A DNA stretch of 64,000 nt, from contig JAQGDQ010000971.1 of NCBI GenBank assembly GCA_030141605.1, positions 10,412 to 74,411 on the forward strand, written 5' to 3'. Both the position numbers and the translations under genes were made by a program. This DNA comes from Tubiluchus corallicola. Its lineage: Eukaryota; Animalia; Priapulida. Under the pieces are notes generated by a model. That model had not been told where the DNA came from and did not search any database. It saw only the letters and a list, made by a program, of their open reading frames with translations. Positions 1-14,574 of this stretch are shown here, piece after piece. How positions within the stretch are numbered: the stretch's first letter is position 1; the number at the start of each line of letters is the position of its first letter.

Positions 1-314
1 TCCGGAGGTGTCTGGCGAAAGCCTACAGTGGGAGCTGAAGTCGGAATTGCTGTCGTCACTGTTGCTTGACGTCACTTTATTCTCGTCTTTGCAATCGTCG
101 CCATGTTTGCTCATCGACTGTCGTTTGTACTTCATTCGACGATTCTGAAACCAAACCTTCACCTGTCGTTCCGTGAGGTCCAGCGAGGCGGCGATTTCGA
201 TGCGGCGGGGGCGACAGAGGTACTTGTTAAAATGGAATTCTTTTTCTAACTCGAGAAGCTGAGTGTTGGTGTAGGCGGTGCGAAGTCGCCGTGGCGTACC
301 ATTCTCCGGAACAA
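1..314 (-). CDS. Hox2: Hox2/proboscipedia homeobox exon (continues beyond left edge)
   Basis: Manual translation of the reverse strand after the acceptor ttttag| (AG at 316-315): (V)[79 protein letters not shown]... Homeobox 294-115 is a paralogue-group-2 homeodomain; VPENG upstream is pb-like. Frame is open to the window edge. Confidence 0.97.
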
Positions 315-442
315 CTAAAAAAACAACAATGAAATGATCAAGTCTTGCAGTGCAGAAATGATTTCTACACAGAAAACAAGATGGCGCTAGTTAGGCCTAA
401 AGGATGGCCAGACATTAATTTTAATTTAAACGTGATTTGTTT

Positions 443-625
443 TAGGTTTGCATCATTAAATTTTGACAACCTGATTCTGGATCCTCCCAACACAGCATAC
501 ATACATACAGTTAGGCTTGGATCATTCAATTTTGACAACCTGATTCTGGATCCATCCAACACAGCATACATACATTCAGTTAGGTTTGGTTCATTCAGTG
601 CTGACAACCTGATTCTGAATCCTCA
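443..625. repeat. 69-bp tandem repeat x~2.7
   Basis: TGACAACCTGATTCTG at 464, 533, 602. Confidence 0.9.
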
Positions 626-1464
626 TAAAGACATGTACATTGCAAGATATACAATATTTAGATATTTACAAAAATTAAATAAAATAGCCAAGTTGAACTT
701 GAATAGTACGGTCTATTTAGGATATGTTAAAGACACGCAAATTTTTAACTAACTAGCAAAACTGGACGGCGCAATTTTACCGTTACGCATCTATATTTAG
801 CTCAAAATACTTACAAACTTTTTTGTGAAAACGTCCGTCCCCCCTCCGAATTAATAATATAGTTTTGAGCACATTCAAAAATTTTACAGCTTAATTCATA
901 AGTTAACTGTTCATCCCCAGCACGATATAATTATAGTATTAAAGGGCCAGTCATTAAAATTAGTGTTTGTTTACAATGGTCCAGTTTTAAAAAAGAAATT
1001 AAGTAAATAAGTAAGTAAGCAATCTTATTACATAGCATAATACATACAATGAAATTTATGTGGTTTTACGTACTGAAATAACTTATGGAAACAACAAGGA
1101 GATCAACACAAATAATTCAATCGGCTGTACAGTGACATTGAGAATTAATATTGGAGATTTACTGAAATTTAGTTTTGATGGTGCGAATTGCAACCGGATA
1201 GAAAGAATTTAAAGTTCTTGTGATTTTAGCATTAATTGAGTGGGTCCTACGACCAGAGATTATTATTACCTGGTATTTATTACCTGGATGGAATTCATCT
1301 TCCATGATAACTTGCACTCTCTTTATTGAACAGCACTAGACACATACATGCAGACCTAGTCAGTTCAAAATACGCCCAATTCCAGTGAAACGACACATAG
1401 GAAAATAGATTTCATGTGACATACCAAATGGTTTAAAACAAACGATCGAAAAAAATCGCTATCA

Positions 1465-1725
1465 TCCCTATATATTAATTTTCGTGGCATCTGGATATAT
1501 ATATATATATATATGCCAATATATCCAGATATTACGAAAATTACACAGATACCACCAGAATATATATATATATTCCCGGGAAGGACTGAGGGAGGTACTG
1601 GTCATGCTTGGACAGCTCGTTCAACGTTGGGTGTAGTAAGCGTATTTATAATTCTCGAGACGTCCCGCAACGGGCGTTTTCCCGGACCCAACTCTCGATT
1701 TTTTCGAAATTTTGACCAAACACCC
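1465..1725 (+). mobile_element. Helitron-related 5' fragment
   Basis: A|TCCCTATATATTAAT start; CGTCCCGCAACGGGCGTTTTCCCGGACCCAACTC shared with 44896-44960. 3' end not located. Confidence 0.6.
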
Positions 1726-2913
1726 GGATTTAAATCGGGAGCTTTTGGGTAAATAAATACATCTTTTTATGTTTTTTGTCTAAATTTTGTTTAGAAATCG
1801 CTTAATAAAAATTACCCGTTCATTAAATGAATCGTTAATTAACAACTGATGGAACCAGTAAAAAGTGCGTATAGTCGAAGATGGGCTTAGGGTTAACCCT
1901 CTAAAGTATTTTCCATTTTCCCTTTCTGGTCTGCTAACGGTTAAATTGTTTGAGCAAATTTGATCAGACGCAATGCTCACAATTATATGTATACGCATCT
2001 TTAATAGGCTACAAAGTAATTTACATTATTAAAAGAAAATAAACTCACTCAGTCAAACAAAATCTAATTACGTAATAACAATAGCACTTAGTTTTTTTAT
2101 TGTTTTTTTAACCTCCCTGTAGTACTAAAATTTCTCACAGTGTCGAATTCAATTTCTTTACGTCCACAGGATTTCTTTGCAGGACGTTTCATAGTCCATT
2201 GTACGTCTTGGGTTTTTAGGAGCAATCAAATTTCTATAATTTCTGCTGTTTTCGGGTAAATTTCCCACATTATTTTCATTAGAAAACTTTTGAAATTTTA
2301 GCTCCTTTTTTCACGTATAGGTCCATTTTTTCTTTATGCCACAGATTTCTTTACGTCAACAAAATTTCACTGCAGAACGTTTCATAGACAACCAATTTGT
2401 CGTTCAGGGCTATCTTGCCTAATCTTAGTAAATATGGACACGTTAGGCTTGTACAATTAAAATAAATCGATTAAATTATCGATCAATTAGCATACAGAGG
2501 CCATGTGAAAATATAAAATATTTCATCGTTTCTACATATCATTACTGAATAAGTTTTTATCCCGAAGCAAATCGGAAAAACATTGACTATATCTGTGTTA
2601 AGATAAGTCGTACGGCGCGTGATTTATGGGTGATACTCGTACGCTGATAACGAGCGCTGTTTTCCATTGAGCTGGTACCATAAACTACTAACAACAGTCT
2701 TCAAATCATTCCTAACCATAACATCCAACACTAGGTACCCAATTATGGACCGTCTTAACAGTATTACAGGCCCCGGGCAGAGCACTACACTGGGACCTGC
2801 ACAAGGTACCGTCTTAATAGCATTACAGAGCCCCGGGCAAAGCAGTGCACTGGGACCCCTTATCTATGCAACCACTCACAGCGAATTAAAATGTAAATGG
2901 CCGATAAAATTAA

Positions 2914-3284
2914 AGGAAGATAGGACGATTTTTCATATACTGCCCCATTTTCAAGTCCTATAGTATTCATTTTAATACAATTAATATTGCAAAAGCGTTG
3001 CTGATAGTTAAATAGAAATCAATACAAAATATGTGATTTGATAAATGATGTTAGATGCAAATTTTTTATCACAATTATAGAATTTTATCGTACTAATCAA
3101 GTTTTAATCTTTTTGCGGGCACTTTTAATTTATTTGCACCTGTTTGTGTGTTTATATTGTACTAACCATATACTATGTATTTTCTACTTTTAGCAGTAAT
3201 TTTACTTTCTGTACATTGTCGATATATTTTACGATGTTTTTAATGGACATATAAGTCTCTTGACTTCACTTCATAGATGTATTG

Positions 3285-3367
<83 letters not shown>

Positions 3368-3700
3368 AATAAAATAAATAATGGATTAAAATCTTAATGA
3401 ATGGCGGGCGAGCCAAAATTCTATTGATAACATTTTCAACAACAAAAATATTCCACGAGCATGTTGCACGTGTTCAAGAAAGCGGAAATTGATGTACATT
3501 GCTACTGTAAGATATTCAGTATGTTGTACTAAAACTACGCAAGTTTTAACATAAAAATTCAAAATTCAAATTTACCACTGTGCTCACGCTGAACGGTAGA
3601 ACGTGCCTAGTTCGTCACAAACTAACAAATCTGAACTCAGAGGTACAGCACCTGTTTATTGTGCAATGCGTTTCCGAAATGCAGGCGCTAGTGCCCTGTT
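2914..3700 (-). mobile_element. Family A non-autonomous DNA element (Kolobok-like), partial and interrupted
   Basis: TTAA|AGGAAGATAGGACG end matches family A; similarity resumes at ~3380-3700 after an AT-rich insert ending in (AAAT)n. Confidence 0.7.
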
Positions 3701-4905
3701 TAATTAGTGAAATGCATATAGTGTTTGAACATTAAAAAGAAACATGTCGTACAGTATGGGTTAATTAACACAAATTGAAAAACTATATACATAGATTAGC
3801 AATGACTCCCGTGCTCGTGCGCATGCGTTAAACGCCATAAATAATAATTGTTGTTTGTTCATCTTTATCCGAGAATGATCAGTTAGTAACACTAAGCAAG
3901 CGGCACTGCTAAACGTTATGTATAAACCTGTAGAAATTAAACCGTTCGTAATTAGAAAAAGTTAAAAAAATTAAATTTGTGATGGAAGAAGAATCTGTTA
4001 TTGATTTTTTATTTTTGTTATTTTTTATTATTTTTTATTTTTTTTTACTTTTGTTTTTTTATTTTTATTTTTGTTTTTTTTGCTGTTGTATTTTTGTTTT
4101 TGTATTTCTGCACGTTTATGTATTTTTTGATATAGTTGTGTCTGCTGTCATTAGCGTCCTTTTGTTTACTGTCATTTGAGAAGGGTGGTTGACTCGATAA
4201 CCTTTTTCGCCACCCTTTCTCCTATGTTGTTTGTATTTTTGTGTATTTTATTGTCAAATCATTGTATATTTATGGAGGAAAATAAAATTACTATTACTAT
4301 TGTTATGATTATCGACTTACAATCCGACTCTGTACAGTTAATATTGTAATAAAATGAAAATCAATTAACTACAAGCTCAAAAAATTGTGAAAAAACATTA
4401 AATACACCAACAAGAACAGCGTGTTCTTCATCTGTTTTATTCTAAAGGTAAATTTGTGAGTTGAGAAAACCATTTTAAAAATTTTATGCTTTTTATGCTC
4501 GAATTAAGGCTTTTTGTACAAAGTTAGTTGAAGTGAGTAGTATAAAATAGTATATATAAGTAATATATTAGCAATTACAATTATTAACAAAATATAGTTT
4601 CAATATTCGTGCACTTTAAACTTTTTTATAACATATTATTTTAATATCAAGGTCGAGGTATACAATTCAATACACGTCTACATATAGTGTAAACAAATTG
4701 CATTCTAAGCATAAAAATCAGAAGTGCATAAAATACATAGGTAGCGTGTTTTTCTATAAAGTCTTGGTTTGGGCTCCTTGCTAAGGCGCATTATTAATAT
4801 TAGCATCATTTATTTTTGAACACACCTGTATAGTTAAGTTACACAAGTGGTTCAATTAAAAGAAATTAGTAGACTAGCAGTAAAAGTAAAATTAAATATT
4901 AAACA

Positions 4906-4909
<4 letters not shown>

Positions 4910-4941
<32 letters not shown>

Positions 4942-4972
4942 GCAGCAGCAGCAGCAGCAGCAGAAGCAACAA

Positions 4973-5040
<68 letters not shown>

Positions 5041-5095
5041 GCAACAGCAACAGCAACAACAACAACAACGCCAACAACAACAACAAAAACAAACA
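4910..5095. repeat. (CAA/CAG)n microsatellite
   Basis: Direct reading. Confidence 0.95.
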
Positions 5096-5598
5096 ATCAC
5101 GATATTATTTACTTACAAGGAGACAAAGCAATTAAATTGAAATGCCACTCTCTGATTCCAAAAAAGGACTGTACAGTTTAGTATAAACTCATTTCATTCA
5201 TGTGTTTTTAATATAGACATACTTCATCATTTTCGAAAGAGACTCTTCATAGATTATGAACAATCACCTTACGCCTTGAGTCACATTTGCTGCAAATTGA
5301 TTTTAAATCGACATCGCTTCGATAATTTATTAATTTTTTAAATTCGATGCGTTGATTTTGGCAGGAATTCGACGGTAAACAAACAAAAAACGTCTTAAAT
5401 AAGTATTTATAGGATAGAATTAGCGTGATTAATTGATCTTAGGCGAAACTCTGACGCGAAAATGATTGATGAAGATACAGCAGCGAGAAACTTGTGCCTC
5501 TAGCCGTCTAGCGTAACACCAAGATACAGTACATACTTCTACTGTACCACTAAAACTAACACTTATGTACAGCATGTATATAATACTGTATACCTTAA

Positions 5599-6145
5599 AG
5601 GAAAGAACGTTGGAAGTCATTCAGTACGTTGGGTTTATTTTACTGTTGCCACTTAAACTTAGAAAAATATAACAAACAAATTTGGAAATTTTTTCTATAA
5701 TGCATAAATCTAAATATACTACCTCTGAATGGAAACTTTCAGGCGTGGTAGTTGTCGCCATTCGTTTTTAAAATTATAACGTAACTGGGGGACTTCGTGA
5801 CTTTTCGTAAGCGCGTCGTGGATTTCCGTGAGCGCGCGCTGCTTAAACTAATTCAGACTTCTCCAACTTAGCTAATCTTCACACAAAAATATTACAAAAT
5901 TAGTTATCTAACTTTTTTGTAATTTGACGAAGACTGATAATGCGCTGCGTTTCTTCAAAACGAATGACGTCATTGGAGGAATAATCGGCATTGAAAATGG
6001 AGCGTCCAAGCATGAAGTGATCGCGACTTTAAAGCGATTTTACTGATTACACGAGGCGCTTTTTGCAGTTTTATTACTAAATCCTTATAACATTTTTCGT
6101 GAACATTGAAATAAGCCTAACTTGCCAGAAGACTTACCCTTTCCG
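5599..6145 (+). mobile_element. Family B TTAA-flanked element (Kolobok-like)
   Basis: TTAA|AGGAAAG...CTTTCCG|TTAA; reverse-complement homologue at 57419-57826. Confidence 0.7.
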
Positions 6146-6354
6146 TTAACGTGTACACGTGTAACAGGCCTATGCCAATAAAAAAGCGAATTATGAAAAA
6201 ACGCATATAACATTTTTGTATTAAATTTGGAAACGTCTCAAGGAAACGTCTTTATGATTATCGCAGACTGGTTTATGTTGCCATATTGGCAAAGGTCTCA
6301 TTTGAGTGTTATGTCTTCTCAGCCTTAGCAAATAAATTCAGTGCATAGAAAAAA

Positions 6355-6845
6355 ATGAATGAATAAATGTATGAATGAATGAATGAATGAATAGATGAAT
6401 GAATGAATGAATGAATGAATGAATGAATGAATGAATGAATGAATAGATGAATGAATGAATGAATGAATGAATGAATGAATGAATGCATGAATGAATGAAT
6501 GAATGAATGAATGAATGAATGAATGAATGAATGAATGAATGAATAATTAAATGAGTGATTGAGTGAATGAATGAACGAATGAATGAATGAGTGAATGAAT
6601 GAACGAATGAATGAGTGAATGAACGAATGAATGAATGAATGAATGAATGAATGAATGAATGAATGAATGAATGAATGAATAATTAAATGAATGATTGAGT
6701 GAATGAATGAACGAATGAATGAATGAGTGAATGAATGAACGAATGAATGAGTGAATGAACGAACGAATGAATGAATGAATGAATGAATGAATGAATGAAT
6801 GAATGAATGAATGAATGAATGAATGAATGAATGAATGAATGAAAG
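6355..6845. repeat. (GAAT)n microsatellite
   Basis: Direct reading. Confidence 0.95.
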
Positions 6846-7104
6846 AGAAAATGAATAAATAAATAAACGATGGACAAAAAGGAACATAATTTCGTGGTAA
6901 TGATAAATACAGATACCTATTTTTTGTTTACTTTTATTGGGCTGTGCTTGTTTATTAATTAAGGCGACAAACACATTACTGTTTACTGCAATTTTCAATG
7001 GTGTTTCCACAGCAAACAATGTTTTTCTATTTCTATATGCTTTGCAGAAATCCATCATTTCTTACAGTACACAGGCCCACGTTAGCTGTCAGCAAACTGC
7101 TGGT

Positions 7105-7776
7105 TACACACAAATGCAGTTACAGTACTTACAGTGATGTTAATGCACAAAATAGAGACGCTGAAATTCTTGAAATAATGTCAACTATTGTGTCAAATGA
7201 AAGACTACACCAGCTACACACACAAATGCAGTTACAGTACTTACAGTAACGTTAATGAACAAAATACAGATGCTGAAATTGTTGAAATAATGTCAACTAT
7301 TTTGTCAAATAAAAGACTTCACCAGCTACACACACAAATGCAGTTACAGTACTTACAGTAACGTTAATGCATAAAATAGAGACGCTGAAATTCTTAAAAT
7401 AATGTCAACTATTGTGTCAAATGAAAGACTTCACCAGCTACACACACAAATGCAGTTACAGTACTACAGTAATGTTAATGCACAAAACACAGACGCTGAA
7501 ATTGTTGAAATAATGTCAACTGTTGTGTCAAATGAAAGACTTCACCAGTTACACACACAAATGCAGTTACAGTACTTACAGTAACGTTAATGCACAAAAT
7601 ACAGATGCTGAAATTGTTGAAATAATGTCAACTATTTTGTCAAATGAAAGACTTCACCAGCTACACACACAAATGCAGTTACAGTACTTACAGTAACGTT
7701 AATGCACAAAATACAGATGCTGAAATTGTTGAAATAATGTCAACTATTGTGTCAAATGAAAGACTTCACCAGCTAC
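7105..7776. repeat. 112-bp tandem repeat x6
   Basis: CAAATGCAGTTACAGTAC recurs at 7111, 7223, 7335, 7447, 7558, 7670. Confidence 0.95.
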
Positions 7777-7789
7777 GAAAAGTACGGCC

Positions 7790-8060
7790 TACATAAAAGT
7801 TTCAGTGGATTTAAACTGTAATATTCTTAGATTTCTCGCGAAAGACATCCTCATTTTAAATATGGTGGCGCAAAAATGCGCCGAAGTTTCGATCTCGACA
7901 TTTTATTTAGTAAGAAAACAACGAAAATAATTGGAAATTACCACACGGATGTTACACACATTTGTGCATAAACGTGAAAATTTTTAGGTCTTTGTCTTAG
8001 ATTTGCCCAAAGATACATGGATTACATGTCGAAACATTAAATGCCGGAGTGTCACTATTG
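7790..8060 (+). repeat. Dispersed repeat H (reverse-complement copy at 30520-30770)
   Basis: TTCTTAGATTTCTCGCGAAA.ACATCCTCATTTT shared; probably a DNA-transposon end. Confidence 0.7.
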
Positions 8061-8249
8061 TTAAAAACTACAGCAAGAGTTCGATGTGTTCACAAATTTT
8101 ACTCTAAGCTAGACGAAGGAATTTCTTCCAATAACTGACATAGTTTGTCACTTCTTCAAGGAGTATTTGGTCCCAGAAATCAACAACTTTTGCCTTTACT
8201 TCCTTTGAGTCAAATGCCTCTAGAAGGTCATTGTATGCTTTCTCTTTAA

Positions 8250-8819
8250 AGCAAAACCGGATCCATTCTTAAACTGTAGGTCAAAACAACCTATTCTTTA
8301 ATATATTGAAAGGAAACATGCTATCTTTTCAAAAATCACTTACGTGAAAGAATTATTACCACACAAACACAATTTCGCGTTCGCGTCGCTAGTTCTTCGC
8401 TGTTACATGCATTTCACCATTCGCTAGTTGGACGGGCGCTAGCGCCTGCATTTCGGAAGCGCATTGCACAAAAACAGGTGCTGTACCTCTCAGTTGAGAT
8501 GTGTTAATTTGTGACGAACTACACACCTTCGACAGCTCATGCGTGAGTACAGCGGTAAATTTGAAATTTGCTTTTTATCTTAAACTTGCCTAGTTTTAAA
8601 ACGTCACACTGAATATCTTACAGTAGCGCTGCATTTCAATTTTCGCTTTCGCAAACATGTACAACACGCTCGTGGAATACTTTTGTTGTTGAAAATGATG
8701 TTAGTTTGTGACGTTACTAGGCTCGTTCGCCGTTAATTAAGATTATAATTTATCATTTAACAATTAGAAACGTATGCGGTATTATTGGTGCTAAAATATA
8801 TACTTTTTATCGTCTTCCT
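8250..8819 (+). mobile_element. Family A non-autonomous DNA element (Kolobok-like)
   Basis: TTAA|AGCAAAACCGG...CGTCTTCCT|TTAA; internal sequence shared with the other copies. Confidence 0.85.
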
Positions 8820-9868
8820 TTAAGGAGTATTTTGCCCCAGTACTCAACAATATTTATCTGTAGTTCCTTTGATAAATATTTGCTCTGTGCGGCTATTGTA
8901 CACTTACATTTTTTCTTCGTAACAAATCATAATCAGTGCTTCTTTTTCTATTGTGAAGATCATGATGTAAACTGGTTGCTTTCGTTGTTTTTAGCGAGTA
9001 CTTTTCACGTCATGTTTTTCAGTTGCTGATCATAGTCGACATTGTGCCACCATTTAATTTTTAGCAAGCAAAAGTTTTTTACCCACAACTTAAAAACCAC
9101 TAAATCTACAAAGTTAAAACTTTCACAGTTAAAATTTAATTATTGTAATATCTAATTTTACTTTTTCTGCTTTACTCTGGCTGTCTGTGATAAGTACGAG
9201 TTCGTTCGCATATATGTGTTTTGGGACAAAAAAGAGAGAACCTTTGGGGGTCTATTTAACTCACACTAAGGAAAATCTGGCCAATAAACAGGAATTGAGT
9301 TGCCCGATGACAGAGGCCAACCCCAAGTGTTGACAGGCGGAAAATAAACATCGGTATTATTTACAAAATGTTACCGGGCGTGTAGTAAACGTATGTGTTA
9401 GATGAATACAAACTGCAAACCGTGTGGAAAGAGCTTGCTGGTTCTTTTGTTTGAAATTCTCAGAAGCAGGCAAAGTCAATGGAAATGAGAGATAAGTTAG
9501 GTCTATATAGACTCATTATTGTGAGACCTTGACTATATTAGGCATGTACAAGATCTCGAGTTCAAATCCTAATGAATTCATAGTTTTGCAGTAGAGATTC
9601 TTTTCGAAAAGCAGACATCTAGGCATTACGATCAAACTTGTAATGCACTACATACGTAGAATAGGGGCCTGTAGGTTTAATCCAACAGAATTTGTTTGAA
9701 TTAATAATTTTATTATTGTTAATTTAAGAGCAACTTATGACCATCGAAACGTATTAATTATGACCACCGTTACGAGCAATTTGTGGTTTTTAGATCATCT
9801 TAAATTTGCGAAGTTTTGAAGCTAAAGTAATCTGCCAGAGATTTTTATTTTACCATATCGCGGTGTTA

Positions 9869-9878
9869 GCGCCATCTA
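9869..9878 (-). promoter_or_regulatory. CTCF-like motif (TAGATGGCGC)
   Basis: Plus strand reads AGCGCCATCTATGTGG. Confidence 0.5.
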
Positions 9879-10610
9879 TGTGGCGATTTAATAAATTAAC
9901 TAGAGACAGCATCAAGTTACGTCCATCATGCATCAGTTACTAGTGATTTCAAGTCACAGAACGATTATAGACAGATCAGGCACTCGCGTAATTACTTTGG
10001 TGGTCACAATGGAGCAAAGAAGAATGAAAAATGCAAAAATCGTTTTTAGTTTAGCCGTCAACTGTCTAGTCTGTCCAGGAAAAGATATAAAATTTAGACA
10101 GATTTATTTCAAACTGAATTATTACAACGACAACGATCTAAAATAGAGAGAATTAGGCATAAAATTAACACATAATAGAGACTTACGAATAGTCTATATT
10201 TTTAATTTATACGAGTGTATAGATGGCCAATGTGCTATTCTAAACTGAAGTTAAACCAGTGATAAGCAATAAAATTGTAATATTTTTACGCTGGGAGATC
10301 CAATCAATTACAGTTTTAATAATTAGTTCAATCACTAAGTTTAGTTGTGTAAAAATAGTAAATTATTTTAGTCCAAATGGATTTCCGATAGGTTTTAATC
10401 CAAATTTAGTGATAGGCTAAGACCTACGCTACTTTTGTTAGGTGAAGTCTGATACCACATGCCACAATTGACTGTACTACATTCTAAGAGATTATAATTA
10501 ATTAATTAGCTAATTAATTTAATAAGCTTAATTTTATTTTTGCATTTTCTTAATAAACACAACCGATAAGCATGAACAAGTGAGTCATACTTTCGCCAAA
10601 AAATTTCGAA

Positions 10611-10624
10611 CTAGATGGCAGCAC
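10611..10624 (+). promoter_or_regulatory. CTCF-like motif (CTAGATGGCAGCAC)
   Basis: Matches the core YAGRKGGCRS. Confidence 0.45.
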
Positions 10625-10699
10625 GTGCACAATGCGCTGCAACACCTGTGCTTTGTTCGATTTACAGCGAGTCTTTGTAGGGAGTGAATCGACTTCATG

Positions 10700-11620
10700 T
10701 GGCCGTCTTTGCCAATCGAACGCCAGGGGTGCTGCACGAATTGTCCCCTCCCCACAATGAAGTGGATACTGGAGAGGAAGATCCGCGAAATGTCATCACC
10801 CACAGTGTAGATTTTTCATTAAAATGTACGATAACCCTGAAAAACACGGCATCCTTATAGATACGATAGAAAACTGTCGTGCTGTAGAAACTCCCATGGC
10901 AGATCACGTGTACAATATCAGGACGACGGCAACGGATCCTGCAATGCCTGACATAAGAGACAGAAAACAAAGATATTCGAGTTTAGATACTAACAGAATA
11001 TCCACCTATGAACTCATTAATCCAAGCTTGATCAGTCATCCACTTCACTGGAATCCCATGACAACAATAGCAGTATCTGCTAGAATCTTTTGTAGTATAG
11101 GTTTTACACGTCAAATGTAGACACAGGAAAGTTCAAATGTGACTTAGCTAAGTCAAACGTAGACATAAGAATTTGTAATGTGTTTTGGTAACTCAAGTGC
11201 GACTTAGGTAAGTCAAATGCAGACACAGGAATTTCGAATGCGTTAAAAACCATTGTTAACAAATTTGAACTACCTAAGTCTACATTTGAGTTACCAAGAC
11301 ACATTTGAATTACCTAAATCTGCATTTGAGTTAACGTAGGTCTACATTTGACATGTAAAGCCTATAAAGCTCGTACATCAGCCCATCGGCTGTACTCCAT
11401 CGGCTACACATCGAGACGGGGAGATGGACACATTTACCCAGACAATCTAGAACCTGCAATTGGTCAATGGCTGGTGAGGTGCAGGACGAGAGGCATGTAT
11501 TCTGCGTGTTTGTCCAACAACTGCTCATGTTAGACAGTTACCCAAATAATCTGATATAGACGCGTCATTGCTGACTTCATTATTTGCACATAATGACACT
11601 TTTATGATAATCGTTCTTTT
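10700..11620 (+). mobile_element. Degenerate LINE 3' end (ORF2 C-terminus, HRL.IETGRW..C..C..H type), split by MITE
   Basis: STYELINPSLISHP...SARIF | MITE | KARTSAHRL / HRLHIETGRWTHLPRQSRTC...VQDERHV with frameshifts. Confidence 0.75.
11100..11362. mobile_element. Family D MITE (GGTTTTACACGTCAAATGTAGAC TIR), internally deleted, nested in a LINE
   Basis: TATA|GG...CC|TATA; subterminal ~21-bp AGTCAAATGTAGAC repeats in inverted arrangement. Confidence 0.8.
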
Positions 11621-12048
11621 CCTTATAACCATTGTAAATATCACTTGTTAAATGTTCGTGTAACGTTAATATAGCTAAGCTCATACTTTAAATTTATCGT
11701 TCTTCTTTTCCGCAAAGGGCATCACTATTCAGAATTTCGATATTAACAAACTTTATTCTAATCATATATTTGCACCTGGCGGAATGCAGACTTGAACTTG
11801 AAAACGCCAGGGTTTTCAGTCGCCCAATAATTGGCTTTCCCCTTTTTGTAAAGAGCTAAAAGATTAAAAGTTCTAAAAGGTTTACAGAAAAACAAAAATG
11901 TATTCCGCGTGCGCTGCAAGGCAGTCGATTTGTTCATAAACTTGCTGCCTTTCTCTTTTTGAAGATATCAAACTTTGATTGGCTCGTATTCAATTGTAAC
12001 AATTTCACATTTTCGTAAGCAATTTGACATTGCAAATACCCTTATTAA

Positions 12049-12665
12049 AGAAAGACAGGATAATTTTTCATATACCACTCCATTTTCAAGTCCCATAAAA
12101 AGCATATTTTTAAACCCAATTAATACTGCAAAAGCGCTCCTGATATTTAAATAATAGATTCAAATCTTAATTAACGGCAGGCGAGTCCAACCACTGACGA
12201 CATCACAAACTAACATAATTTTCAACATCAAAAACATTCCGGGAGCGTATTGTACGAGTTTGCAAAAGCGAAAATTGAAGTACAGTGCTACTGTAAGATA
12301 TTCAGTGTGTTGTAATAAAACTAGACAAGTTTTAAGATAAAAATTCAACTTTCAAATTTGCTGCTGTGCTCACGCATGAGCTGTCGAACGTGTGCAGTTC
12401 GTCAAGAACTAACACATCTGAGCTGAGAGGTACAGTACCTGTTTTTGTGCACAGCGTTTCCGAAATGCAGGCGGTAGTGCCCGTCTAGCTAGCGAGTGGC
12501 GAAATGCATGTAACAGCGAAGAACTAGTGGCGCGAATGCGAAATTGTGTTTGTGTGACAATAATCTTTTCACGTAAGTCATTTTTTAAAAATAGTATGTT
12601 TCCTTTCAATGTTTTAAAGAGTAGATTGTTTTGACCTGCAGCTTAAGAATGGGTCCGGTTTTGCT
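12049..12665 (-). mobile_element. Family A non-autonomous DNA element (Kolobok-like)
   Basis: TTAA|AGAAAGACAGG...CCGGTTTTGCT|TTAA. Confidence 0.85.
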
Positions 12666-13249
12666 TTAAACAAGTTGAATATGTATATAAATGTTTGTTA
12701 TTATTTCCCCTGAATGCCTATGTATAGTTAGAAATGAGAAAACTATTTTGCATTACTATTGCGTAATATTACTTGCATTTCATTTTGCTAAAAGTTTTTT
12801 TTAACATGCACCCAAATAGCATTAACGTGACGTCACTTATGTAGCAGTAAGGAGCATGCCTTGCTATGGACTAACTTCTTACATCTACTCTGTAATTTGT
12901 AATCTTATTATTATGTTATATTGGTCAGCAAATTACACACAGAGATACATGTGGACTTCGATGACACTTACCGATGAATTGCTTAACCGATGAATAAAGA
13001 CGTAATCATATTTAAGTTTAAAAACTTTCCTTAAACCATTATTGTATGACACCCTAAGATTCTCTAGAACATATTTGTCAACCCCCAGTGAACAACAATA
13101 GAAGGATGAACAGTAAGTTTTGAAGAGAAAGGATTTAACGTTAGCAGAACAACTACTAAACTTCCGTATTAATCACAACCACAGCAACCAAAAACTACAA
13201 ACATCGCTGCTCTCCTAACAACAACAGCAACAATGACAAGAACAGCCAG

Positions 13250-13975
13250 TAATGATAGTGATAGTAATTGTTGTTGTGATAGTTATACTGATAGTGACTG
13301 TGATAGTGATTGTGATTTTCATGATGATATTGACTGTGATAATTATACTGATACTGATACTGATACTGATACTGATACTGATACTGATACTGATACTGAT
13401 ACTGATACTGATACTGATACTGATACTGATACTGATAGTGATACTGATACTGATACTGATAGTGATAGTGATAGTGATAGTGATTGTGATAGTGATTGTG
13501 ATACTGATACTGATACTGACACTGACACTGACACTGATACTGATACTGATACTGATACTGATACTGATACTGATACTGATACTGATACTGATACTGATAC
13601 TGATACTGATACTGATACTGATACTGATACTGATACTGATACTGATACTGATACTGATACTGATACTGATACTGATTGTGATACTGGTAGTGATAGTAAT
13701 AGTGATAGGGATAGCGATACTGATACTGATACTGATAGTGACTGTTATAATTATACTGGTAGTGATAGTAATGGTGATAGTGATAGTGATACTGATACTG
13801 ATACTGATACTGATACTGATACTGATACTGATACTGATACTGATACTGATACTGATACTGATACTGATACTGATACTGATACTGATACTGATACTGATAC
13901 TGATACTGATACTGATACTGATACTGATACTGATACTGATACAGATACTGATACTGATACTGATACTGATACGGA
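13250..13975. repeat. (GATACT/GATAGT)n hexamer microsatellite
   Basis: Direct reading; explains the poly-DT/IL ORFs. Confidence 0.95.
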
Positions 13976-14574
13976 TGGTGCTAGTGATATTGTAATAATT
14001 ATCATTTGGCTATGATAATGAGCTGACGGCGGGGCCAAAGGTCATGGATTCAAACCTGGTTTGCTACTCGTATTATACAAATTGTGGACACTGTCCCAAA
14101 ATGGTGTAGGCAAAGACCAACAAACTTATCCTGCATCTTTCATACCGGTCGTCGTACGGAACAGGTGCTGGTACTGAACCACTCGACCTGTGCCTGCAAG
14201 ACTATTTTTAGATGCTGATACGCACGGCAATATGATTCGCAATGGACAGAACTATTGTAGTATAGAAAAAGTATGTGAAAAATTGTCTTCAGTACACTAT
14301 TCTTCATTACCACTGTCGTCGTCGTGATCGACAATAACGACAATGATAATGACAGTGATGACAACAGCGACATGGCACCACTTTGGGAGTACATGTACAG
14401 CTGCACCTTCAAATTGAGGCAGCAGCACCAGGTGCACTGTCACCGACACTGGGTGCGATTGATGTTCTATTGATTGTATGACCAATGATAATGCAATGGC
14501 AGGAATGAAACTGATGTTGATGACGATGACCGTCTCTGTCACCGCCAACGTCACCAGCATCACCAGGACCGCTA

